From positions 1-48,431 of the forward strand of contig RFJU01000038.1 in NCBI GenBank assembly GCA_003694805.1: a stretch of DNA of 48,431 nucleotides, read 5' to 3'. Shown here piece after piece: positions 17,001-23,879 of this stretch. Source of the DNA: Candidatus Woesearchaeota archaeon (GTDB lineage: Archaea; Nanobdellota; Nanobdellia; Woesearchaeales; J110). A program made the translations under genes and the position numbers. The notes beneath the pieces were generated by a model that ran no database searches, was not told the DNA's origin, and was given only the letters and a program-made list of their open reading frames with translations. Numbering within the stretch: position 1 is the stretch's first letter; every line of letters begins with the position of its first letter.

Positions 17001-20000
17001 GACCTCGTTGGGCGTTCCCAGCGACGCGGAAACGTCAAACATTTTCGTCCATGACGAGCCGTTCGTCGTTGCCGCACCTGCACGCCCCGTTGATCGAAGG
17101 GACGCGTAGTCATCACGGTACGTCCCGCCGTCAAGGTCCGCTAAGACTGCCGACAAAATGCCGCGGAACGAGAGCAGCTCAACCTGCGAGCCCGAGCCGT
17201 TCACGACCTTGAACTGATCAACCACTGTTGTGTACGCAAAATCATCCACGCCGTCCCGATCAAAATCGCCACGCTCAAGACCGCCAATATAATTTGAAGC
17301 ATTCCACCGGTTGCTTCCTGACGCGTTATACGCTATCAGATTCCGAACGCCCGATGTCAAGTCGCCAATGACAAAGCCGTCCCGCGTCTTCGTGTGCGAC
17401 GAGCTCCAAAAGAGCGCGTCGTGCGCTTCGTGCGTAAAGTTTTGAAAAAACAGCTTCCTCCCGAGTGTCTCATTGTTCTGTCCGAGGAAGTCCGCCGCGA
17501 AGAGCACTGACTCGTTCACGTCAGCACTCGACGGCGTCTTGTCAACAATGGAAGCAGTCAGGGAGGATATCGTCACCGCGGAACTGTTCTGCGAAACATT
17601 CACAAACCCATTATCAGCAGTCACTTCACACTTCCACGACTCACCCGGCGCCGTCCATCGCCGGTCAATGCCAAGCCTGCTGGTAGCGAGCGTTCCCTGC
17701 ACAGAAGCATTCATCAGCCACGATTCGCGAGAACGCGAGAAGATCGTCCAATTCGCAGCGCTTCTATCCCGCCACCAACGCACCAGAACAGTGATGTTCG
17801 CGCCGTCTGACTGGGACACGTTGAACTCGCAAGAGAGAGAATCATTCGCGTACGGCGACGCTGGCGTGATGTTCACGCTGTCAAACACGGGCTGCGGGCC
17901 GCTGTGCACGGTCACGCTCCTTTGCTCTGTTTCATTCGTGTTCCCGCTCGCGTCGATCGCGTACGCCTTGAACGTATACGTCCCATTCACGAGGCCGGTA
18001 AAGTTATGCCTGTACGGGTAGGCACTCGCGTTCCACGACGCGTTGATTTCTTCAGGAGCGAGCACGCGATTATAGAGCTGCACCTCATCAAGAGACCCGT
18101 TGAGGCCCTTGCTCGTATCAGAACGGTACGCGCCAAGCACCAAGGGCTCCGTGTCCGCCGCGACGGACCAGTCAATCCCGATCTGCTCGGAGCCGAGGAA
18201 GACGCCGTTCTTGTAAAACTGCACTTCAGAACTATTGAACACAATACCCATGAAGACAGGCTGGCCTGCTGAGAAGAACCCTGCCTGCCCTGAGGAAACC
18301 CACTCCGCCGAGGCGTTGCTGAACGAAACATCCAAGTCCCCGTTCGTGCGGGCAATAACGTACCAGCCGCCTGTTCCGTTCTGGCCGTTGCTCACTACGA
18401 CATCATCGGTCGCCGTCGGGTTCCACTCAACCCACGCGAGAAGCGAGCCCTCCTCCCCGACGCGGTACTGCGAAGCGTTTGAACAATCAAGCCGCGCCGA
18501 GCCGTCAAACACCCGCTTGCCACCCCGCTGGCCCATAGGCGACCACGACGACCCATAATCAGTGCATGCTTGCTCATAGGAAGACTCCTCCGTCACATCC
18601 GCGCCGCTCGTGAACTGCATCCACAACGCTAAGGTGCTGTTCCAATCAACCAAGACCGAATGGTCGCTTGCGTCGCTGGAGGAAACATTGACATAAACCG
18701 CCGTGCTCGCCTGCGTCCCCCCCGTAGGCGTGGGCGACACGAAGGAAATGGAAGGCGCGACCGTTTCTGCAACAATAACTGTCGTGCTCGACTGATTCTC
18801 AGAGGAGTACTCAGTTCCATCATACCCTGTGACGTTGCACCACCACTGCTCCCCTATTGACGTATTCCCCGCCCCGAGGATGACTGACGAAGCCGTCCCG
18901 TTCGTCACACTGACCTGGCCGGACACGTTCTTCACACCATCAACGAACCACGTATAATTAGCGAAAAGCGTATCCCCCACGTCTTCATCCGTAATGACAA
19001 AGGTGCAGTTGAGGTCCTGCGACGCATTCGCAATGGCAGGGGACAGACTCAGAGAAGCAACCACCGGTGCGTTGTTGTTGCGCACCCCCGCGCACGTCCA
19101 ATAACAAATCGAACCAGGGCTCCCCGCGTCGCAGGAGTTGTTCGTCCACGTGTTCGAGTCCGCATCGTACGCGTCGTACGCCCCAGACGAGTTGCAAAAG
19201 AAGTTGTTCTCAAGCACGCCGCCAGAGCTCCCGATGTCGGCAATGTTCATGCCGTACCCCGTGCTTGACGAAACATTATTCCCCCGAATACTCGCTCCCG
19301 TCGCGCTCGTGGAGAGGTAGATGCCATCGGCGAAATCCGTGATGGTGCAGTTCCCAATAGTGATGCCGTCAGCACTACTAACGCGCACGCCGTTCGATCC
19401 CGACGAGTCGTCGCCGTCAATGAAGCCGCCCGCGCAGTCAAAATAGTTGTTATCGCTCGCGTCATTATTGACCAGGATGCCGTAATGGTTCGCCCCGTTT
19501 ATGGTAATGTTGAAGTTCACGAAGGAATTGTTCGCGTTCCCGCCCGTCTGAAGACGAATGCCAACATCTCCCACGGCCCCGCCGTCAATCCTGACATTGG
19601 TAAAGTTGTTTCGGTTCGATCCGGTCGTGAAGCTCACCAGCTCAATACCGTACAACGCGTTGCGGTCTGCCGTGATATCGTCAAAGACGCTGTCCGTCAC
19701 TTTACGAACATACAACCCGTCTTGGCTGTTGTCGCTCGCGACGATGCCGGACAGGTTCAACCCGTTCGCGTTGTAGAGGTAGAACCCGTGGTTCGTGTTT
19801 CCCGACGCGTTGATTGACTGCATAGCAATATTGTTTTCGCTGTCGACATAGATGCCGTGCGTGTTACTCGTGGCGGTGAGGTTAACGAGAAGCGAGTCCT
19901 GAGACGGCACAACCCCCCGCTCAAAGTCCTTGACGATGCAGTTCTGCACCGTGCTCACCCCGCCGAACGCTACGTAAAACCCTCTCGTCCCGGCAGTGTC

Positions 20001-22490
20001 TGCTCCCAGGATGGTGCTGTCTTGGCAGTCGAACAAGGTATCGTTCGCCGATGTACTTGATACGTACACAGCATACGAAGTGCCGGTGTAATTCATTGAG
20101 AGGTTCACAAAACGATTCTTATCCCCGCCTTCAAGCCACACCCCGTACGTTCCTGATGCAACAATGTCGATGTCGGTGAAGTTGTTCTCATCAGAAGACC
20201 CTCCTGTGAGGTGCACGCCGTACGTGTCGTTAAAACTGGACAGCCCTGTAACGGCGTTGCGCGCCGAGTTCGCAAAGTCAATGCCGTACGTGTTCGACTC
20301 GGTATAGATGTTTTCAATAATGTTGTCATTCGCGTACGCTCCTGAAGAGATGCCTGTCGCGAAGTCTTTGATGTTGCAGTTCTTTATCGTGACGTTGTCC
20401 TGCCCGTTGATGTCAATGCCGGAGGTCGAAGCGGTGTCGTTTCCCACAATCCAATAGCCGGCACAATCCAGCGTGATACTTCCCGCGCCGATGGTGAAGC
20501 ACGTCGAGCCGTTCACGGAAACGTTGCCTATCAGCGTCGTGTCCTGCGTTATCGTCCCGCACGATTGATTGAGCGTGATGTTCAGCCCCGCATAGTCAAA
20601 CAACGCGCCGTTGTTGAGGGCGCCATTGTTCTTCACATAGACACGCACCTTCACATCGTTAAGCTCAGAAACGGTGTCCACAACGCTGGAGAGATCGCAC
20701 GCGTAGGTCGTGTACGACGTCGCAATATTGGACGCGACACACATTTGCTGCCACGCGCTTCCGTTCCACCACGTGAAGTTCAAATCAATTGTCGTGAGTG
20801 ATGTCGTCTTATTATACGACCACACAGACGTAACGTTCTCAATCCCTACCAATCCGTTGAACGTGTTCGTCCAGTTCACCTGAAGGTACGAACCACTCTG
20901 CGTTCCTGACTCAAGAATGTTGGCGTATGCAGCATCCCTTGACGTGACGTTGGACGTCACCACACCATTATCCCCTAAGGCTGCTGTACTATAGGCGAAG
21001 GCGTAGTCCGGCTCTGATTCCGCATCTCCTTCTCCGTATGCCGGGTCTTGTGGCGTGAGGGGGAACGTGTACGCCTCGCCGGGCGTGAGGCGCATCACCG
21101 CTTCCCACCGCCCCGTGCACACCTTCCCCGCAAAGTCATACTCCTTGCACTTGAAAAGCCGCCTCCCCTTTGCAACCGCCGTCACGTTTGCAAGGGAGAA
21201 ATTCACCCGTGTCGGGTCGATCGCGTAGGACTGCAAGAACGGCCTGCCCAGCCACTCGCTGCTCACGTCATCAAGCCCTATTGTGAGGTTTTCCTCAAAG
21301 CGCGCGTCTGCAAAGACGATGCGCGCAACGGGCATCTTCTCCGGGAGTACCTCGAGTGCGTAGCGAGCGTTTCTCTGCGGAGAGGAAACAACCCGTCCGT
21401 CAGGCGCCAAGAACCGAACGGTAGCATTCGTCTCCTTCACCGCACTCGCGATAGTCACAATGCACGAGGGGCACGCTTCAGCGCGGGCCTTCACTGTCTT
21501 CAGCACCTGCCTCTTCTTCCCTAAACCCGCGCCCTGCGCACTCCGAATTGTGATCCCTTGCTGATCTTGCCGCTCACGCACCCCGCTCTTTGTTCCTTGA
21601 ACCCCTCCACGAACTCCTCCGGAGTCACGCGCCTGCCCAACCGACGCTGAAGGCCCTTCCACGTGAACGGTGAACACTTCGCTCACAATGAGATGGTGCA
21701 AGTCAGACACGTACACGAACGCGTCATACGTGCCGTTGCGCACCGCCGTGACGAAGAGCTCGCTCCCCTTCACGCTCAAGAGCAGCCCTGGCGACCCGCT
21801 CACATCGTAAAAGAGAACATCCCCGTCAGGGTCGCCGAAGAAGCGGGAGAGATCGACCCGCACCGTGTCCCCCACGGTGAGGTTGTGGTCAGGAAGCGAA
21901 AACACCTGCCGCGGAGGGGTGTTCACCCCGATAAAACGATACTGGACACTCTCGATATGCACGACTTCATCAACGCCTTCCACCCTCAACTGAAGAGGCG
22001 TTCCCGCAAACGTGCACGCCTCGCCGCACGCGTTCCGAATAAGCAGCGGCCTTTGCAGTGCTTGCGTACCCGACGCGTTCGCGTTCGCCGAAGCATGCTT
22101 GTAGAGCAGGTACGACTTCCCAGGCGTGTCCACCCATACCGTAAACGGGGCATCGTAGAGCACGCGCGCATTCAAAGAAAGCGCCTGGACCGCTGGCAAG
22201 TCCAACGCGATAGTTCCGCTGCCCGTAATCGTCTTGCCAATAAGCACTGTTTCGTTGCGCACAACCTTCTTGGTGAAAAAGCCCGTCGTGCCCCCTGGCG
22301 AGAACAACGGCAGAGAGAAGAGTGAAATGAGCATGACTGCAAAGAGTGCTGTTATCAGGACTGGCTTTTGCCACCGCTCCCACAACGCCCTCGCTTCAAG
22401 GCGGTGGCGAGACTCCTCGAGCATGCGCTCTAGCTGCGCATTGCTCTTCTCAAGACGCCGCTTCCATTCCTCGTCACGCCTCTGCGTCAC
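11034..22490 (-). CDS. giant surface protein (3818 aa): N-terminal anchor, cadherin-like domain, 3 right-handed beta-helix (PbH1/NosD-like) cassettes, 6 'LNCTF' Ig-like modules, LamG, FG-GAP propeller, FN3-like domain, C-terminal subunit-like domain
   Basis: Uninterrupted 11.4-kb ORF. Motifs: 'LDCAGYWIVG' and 'NCTITDFADGIYLS' (beta-helix); 'LNGSLDEVQLYNRVLAPEEI' (Laminin_G_3-type); 'GDFDRDGVDD', 'GDFDGDGYVDD', 'DWDGDGVAEF' (FG-GAP); 'FGDPDGDVLFYDV' (cadherin-like). GTG start is preceded by GGAGGAGGTGG. Confidence 0.9.
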   Translation of the reverse strand: MTQRRDEEWKRRLEKSNAQLERMLEESRHRLEARALWERWQKPVLITALFAVMLISLFSLPLFSPGGTTGFFTKKVVRNETVLIGKTITGSGTIALDLPAVQALSLNARVLYDAPFTVWVDTPGKSYLLYKHASANANASGTQALQRPLLIRNACGEACTFAGTPLQLRVEGVDEVVHIESVQYRFIGVNTPPRQVFSLPDHNLTVGDTVRVDLSRFFGDPDGDVLFYDVSGSPGLLLSVKGSELFVTAVRNGTYDAFVYVSDLHHLIVSEVFTVHVEGPSASVGQARDSGGVRGGVQGTKSGVRERQDQQGITIRSAQGAGLGKKRQVLKTVKARAEACPSCIVTIASAVKETNATVRFLAPDGRVVSSPQRNARYALEVLPEKMPVARIVFADARFEENLTIGLDDVSSEWLGRPFLQSYAIDPTRVNFSLANVTAVAKGRRLFKCKEYDFAGKVCTGRWEAVMRLTPGEAYTFPLTPQDPAYGEGDAESEPDYAFAYSTAALGDNGVVTSNVTSRDAAYANILESGTQSGSYLQVNWTNTFNGLVGIENVTSVWSYNKTTSLTTIDLNFTWWNGSAWQQMCVASNIATSYTTYACDLSSVVDTVSELNDVKVRVYVKNNGALNNGALFDYAGLNITLNQSCGTITQDTTLIGNVSVNGSTCFTIGAGSITLDCAGYWIVGNDTASTSGIDINGQDNVTIKNCNIKDFATGISSGAYANDNIIENIYTESNTYGIDFANSARNAVTGLSSFNDTYGVHLTGGSSDENNFTDIDIVASGTYGVWLEGGDKNRFVNLSMNYTGTSYAVYVSSTSANDTLFDCQDSTILGADTAGTRGFYVAFGGVSTVQNCIVKDFERGVVPSQDSLLVNLTATSNTHGIYVDSENNIAMQSINASGNTNHGFYLYNANGLNLSGIVASDNSQDGLYVRKVTDSVFDDITADRNALYGIELVSFTTGSNRNNFTNVRIDGGAVGDVGIRLQTGGNANNSFVNFNITINGANHYGILVNNDASDNNYFDCAGGFIDGDDSSGSNGVRVSSADGITIGNCTITDFADGIYLSTSATGASIRGNNVSSSTGYGMNIADIGSSGGVLENNFFCNSSGAYDAYDADSNTWTNNSCDAGSPGSICYWTCAGVRNNNAPVVASLSLSPAIANASQDLNCTFVITDEDVGDTLFANYTWFVDGVKNVSGQVSVTNGTASSVILGAGNTSIGEQWWCNVTGYDGTEYSSENQSSTTVIVAETVAPSISFVSPTPTGGTQASTAVYVNVSSSDASDHSVLVDWNSTLALWMQFTSGADVTEESSYEQACTDYGSSWSPMGQRGGKRVFDGSARLDCSNASQYRVGEEGSLLAWVEWNPTATDDVVVSNGQNGTGGWYVIARTNGDLDVSFSNASAEWVSSGQAGFFSAGQPVFMGIVFNSSEVQFYKNGVFLGSEQIGIDWSVAADTEPLVLGAYRSDTSKGLNGSLDEVQLYNRVLAPEEINASWNASAYPYRHNFTGLVNGTYTFKAYAIDASGNTNETEQRSVTVHSGPQPVFDSVNITPASPYANDSLSCEFNVSQSDGANITVLVRWWRDRSAANWTIFSRSRESWLMNASVQGTLATSRLGIDRRWTAPGESWKCEVTADNGFVNVSQNSSAVTISSLTASIVDKTPSSADVNESVLFAADFLGQNNETLGRKLFFQNFTHEAHDALFWSSSHTKTRDGFVIGDLTSGVRNLIAYNASGSNRWNASNYIGGLERGDFDRDGVDDFAYTTVVDQFKVVNGSGSQVELLSFRGILSAVLADLDGGTYRDDYASLRSTGRAGAATTNGSSWTKMFDVSASLGTPNEVKAWDISDQWPGDELVSATANYLLVMNASGDVLWNVSNEFRAVAIVDIDNDGRRSDIVAHDVTAGLLRAFDKDGVSLWNVSVGVGWEMGAGDFDGDGYVDDVFAQNGTSKLVAVDESGDVLWSLSKSGSGYVASVEVFDVDLDSVDEVLAAGGDNTAWLIDDGSFVMNASFSYPLASDVNTLDAKRSLDVEDWDGDGVAEFLAVSSGTGVSEAGVFGVVDFCRVDFSNGTSVNLTWNASAQQWERNFSFSSSGVVTYNITCRKGGYGVVSEQGSLFVGTNQPPSVESLALTPAVPENASDLNCTFTIVDDGGGGGLWANYTWVRDGALYSSGQVSVTNGTAYSLILGAGNTTYGEQWYCNVTGFDGTNYSSENQSNTVTVTDTAPTVASVSLLPAKAYHTQDLNCSFIVTDPNTGDSLSANVSWFKDGTLFSSGVYAVLNNTRKDVALPAANTGAGEDWLCQVTPSDGYATGSSLNSSASHIWQNISGCGTIYNDSMLSTDLSSPGASCITFGADSIALDCAGHTIDSDDSPLTRGVNASGKVNISVAHCVISDFTSGVWLDGTNQSVVENVTVVSNTRGVDVLGGAKSNVFTTITVINSSKASILFRDGASANNFSQIVVQGDADTEYGIRFGSGGGVSNRFEGVNISWALANPAAYYGVFFNDAQGSATNVIDCQGGVVSTPSSANAIGGFYLNDASSTSIVNCTVVNFTYGVYAGAGSGTQVSSLTVNASDVGVYLSGSSQSVISDVSVNDADLYGVWLEGASSNNLSSLTVQGGSVTDAGVYVSGASASTSNKVTGLSVSVSGASHHGVYVDGELHDNNVFNCQGGTIDGSDTGGTYGVYLSSADGTTVGNCSITDFSRGVYAASSSGNTFTNVNVSSSANGYYLSSVTSSAISSFALSSLSGNGVFFASSSSNNVTDFSISLTGAYAAVYVSDETSDTNKIDCGGGVLSGNDDASSFGVRVSSADDVTLRNCTVKDFGKGVFFEGTSSGSVVEENNVSSSVQEGVNVSVSSVTSSTFSNNYFCGSGGAYDAYDADSNTWTNNSCDSRAGWAWCSYLCDGTPVANNVPNVTSVTLLPASPMTHEDLNCSFIIEDADPNDVVLANVSWFRDGAYFSSSEVQVTNGTEESVTLSYTNTALGESWLCQVTPRDQTDVGSAVNSTSRTIEQGCDTITSDVTMTRNFTFNNTCITFGADNIVLDCAGYAIIGEDVGYGVTTNGYDNVSVKNCVVSNFSTGVFVTSSENSTFQNLTLTSHASVALQSASSNKNTYSLIDVNMTGASLAKGVSFSSSGQNTVSNLDIVGSSSEYALEIVSLSSNNNFSEVNVTVDAKGIKVGTSGNPSSNNQFVNTSVSVGLTTSSGVELDGGSNNRFDCGGRTLTGASAFGDGVSIYRASKTTVSNCIIRGWDEGVIVTGFSSSLTGVLVENVSIQNVNRAGLDLSLVKESRFVNVSIEQFGQTFSTSGVLLQDGTSSNNFTKVTIAGSGSSGVDIEEGTINTQNRFVNISIFVNGSVVGFDSGDQNEQTYIDCGGGVVQGNDSAGSVAFNLSEADGYTIKNCTILDFDVGINVSGTSTGHTIENNNVSSSLTSAIRFATSADSGSSMASNVFCGSGGAYDVFDGDSNTWSGDWCDNSSPAFLCTYFCNGSLTNQAPQVVYVNVTPLAPYTTDDLNCTVNVTDDGLGSGLWINYTWYKDGVANVSGSVSATSGEENVFTLGAGNTTKGEVWWCNVTGYDGELYSLEKKSNNVTIQNTLPDVPTLLYPSNGNTSIFERNVNLNWTSSDADGDTLSYNLSINQSVCPSYQYSNLSESNYTTEELCVDRVYNWTVQACDDEGCSAWASIFNFTIQSSVIITLTNAETNFGSMNVLESNDTTDDNPLPFGVRNDGNVVADVSLRASDGLWDAVGLNTSYFQFAAGNSSEAGSFVWGSSATSWTNVSNESVLVLKNLSYVDAGDEGEVEFRVEVPLNEPGGAKQSQLFIIAEYPVS

Positions 22491-22701
22491 GCTCCACCTC
22501 CTCCCTTTTCTTTTTCATCCGGTGATACACGGTCCACACGGTGCGGTCATCACGGTTGAGCAGCTCGGCAATTTGTGCAAAGGTCAAACCACGCTCTTCC
22601 TTGAGGAATGCAACGAGCGACTCCATGACAGAAAATGTTCTGTCGCGAAAAATAAATGAGGGGATGTTAAGGCTCTTGTCTGCAAAGAGCCTGCGCTTCA
22701 T
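22474..22701 (-). CDS. small helix-turn-helix DNA-binding protein (75 aa), first gene of the giant-protein operon
   Basis: 'LTFAQIAELLNRDDRTVWTVYHRMKKK' is an HTH-like segment. Its 3' end overlaps the giant ORF start by 17 nt and contains that gene's SD. Start chosen at the ATG at 22701 (uncertain). Confidence 0.6.
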   Translation of the reverse strand: MKRRLFADKSLNIPSFIFRDRTFSVMESLVAFLKEERGLTFAQIAELLNRDDRTVWTVYHRMKKKREEVERDAEA

Positions 22702-23258
22702 CGGCAACCCTCCACGCACCCTTCGTTCATGGGTGCACTTCGAAAGAAGAAGAACACGTACTTGCACACGTTCGGGCATAACGCTCGCTGGCGTGCTTGC
22801 TGAGGGAGGAAAGAAAAGAAACTTGCAAAGAAACGAGCAGAGAAACGAGCAAACCCTGTTGCTTCTCTCCCTTCTTTCTGCGCCTTTCTCGACTCTTCCG
22901 AGCCAACAACTGCTTGTGTCATCGCTGTCGTGATCACCACACCATCATTCCTCGTCCCTGCCTGCTTACCTGCTGTGCGATAGCTGAACTGAATTCTTGC
23001 TTGTCTTCGTTGCTGCGTGAGGCGTCCTTGCTGTGACGTTCCTGCAGCGTTGGTTGCTGGGCTTCAATGCAAACCAACCCACCAGTTCAGAGCGATCTGG
23101 ACGCTTGCCTTTTTTGTCCGGCAACCTGTACACGCAGTAGTGCAAAGCTCGTACAAGCCCAACACAACATACTCACATTGTAAGGGTTCTTTATATACCT
23201 TTTTATTGTGAATTCCTTCACATGCTCGGAAAGCGCCCCAAACCCCCTTAGAAGAGAA

Positions 23259-23279
23259 ATTACTTACAATGTAAGTAAT
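23259..23279. repeat. perfect 21-bp palindrome ATTACTTACA-A-TGTAAGTAAT (operator-like)
   Basis: Read directly; lies in the AT-rich divergent control region. Confidence 0.8.
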
Positions 23280-23336
23280 ACACGTATTTATTGGCGCGAA
23301 ACGAAACAAAACCACACACAAAAACAAAAAGTAAAA

Positions 23337-23356
23337 ATTACCTACAATGTAAGTAT
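23337..23356. repeat. second, imperfect copy of the palindrome (ATTACCTACAATGTAAGTAT)
   Basis: 78 bp downstream of the first copy. A third degenerate copy, CTCACATTGTAAG, is at 23172-23184. Confidence 0.7.
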
Positions 23357-23415
23357 ACAACCAACTCAAACGTATTTTTGTTCTATATAGAAACATAATT
23401 GTTAGCGCCAGAAGC

Positions 23416-23423
23416 TTTATAAA
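23416..23423 (+). promoter_or_regulatory. TATA box (TTTATAAA) upstream of the RHH / cadherin-like operon
   Basis: The predicted TSS at ~23445-23450 falls on the 18-bp palindrome at 23441-23458. Other TATA-like boxes are at 23188-23199 and 23382-23391. Confidence 0.45.
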
Positions 23424-23440
23424 TTACACATTCGCAAAAA

Positions 23441-23469
23441 AACTTAGTTAACTAAGTTAGCTAAGTTAG
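23441..23469. promoter_or_regulatory. array of TTAG/CTAA half-sites: 18-bp perfect palindrome AACTTAGTTAACTAAGTT followed by CTAAGTTAG x2
   Basis: Read directly as 'aacttagttaactaagttagctaagttagcc'. Operator-like and overlaps the predicted TSS. Confidence 0.6.
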
Positions 23470-23592
23470 CCAAGCGTTTGGTTCCGAGTTTAGCACCAAA
23501 AAACCCCCCAAAACAGCACCATCAAATACATCCCCCTCACACTATCACAACACAATAACAACGAACATAATAACAAAAAACACCAACAAAAA

Positions 23593-23781
23593 ATGGTCAA
23601 CATCAACATCTCCATCAGCGACGACCTCCACCAACAAATCAAACTGCAAGCAACCCTTGCCAAACGCACCCTCAAGGAACACATCATCACCCTTCTGCAA
23701 GCACGGGTTCAAAAAGAACTCCCACCACACCAGCCAAACCCAACAAAAAAACAGAACCTGACACTCAGCAAGCGACGCTAA
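23593..23781 (+). CDS. ribbon-helix-helix (CopG/Arc-like) protein, copy 1 (62 aa)
   Basis: N-terminal 'MVNINISISDDLHQQIKLQATLAKRTLKEHIITLL' fits the RHH beta-strand plus two-helix pattern. Confidence 0.65.
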   Translation: MVNINISISDDLHQQIKLQATLAKRTLKEHIITLLQARVQKELPPHQPNPTKKQNLTLSKRR

Positions 23782-23879
23782 ACGAACCAACAACAACAAC
23801 CCCGCCAGACAACACCCGCACAAACACACACAAACAACAACAAGCAACAACAAACAAACCACACAACTGACGCCAAGCA

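Noticed and set aside
22800-22830. 'GGAGGAAAGAAAAG' resembles the RNase P RNA CR-I motif (GAGGAAAGUCC). Possible RNase P or SRP RNA in the long non-coding region.
   Set aside because: Only a partial match to one motif. I could not find the other conserved regions or the expected helices by eye. It is left as an unresolved part of the non-coding-region finding.
23064-23396. 110-aa minus-strand ORF and 60-aa plus-strand ORF (23208-23390) in the AT-rich control region.
   Set aside because: Both span the palindromes and TATA boxes and have atypical composition (Phe/Tyr/Cys/Ile-rich). The repeated 'ITYNVS' is just the translated palindrome copies.
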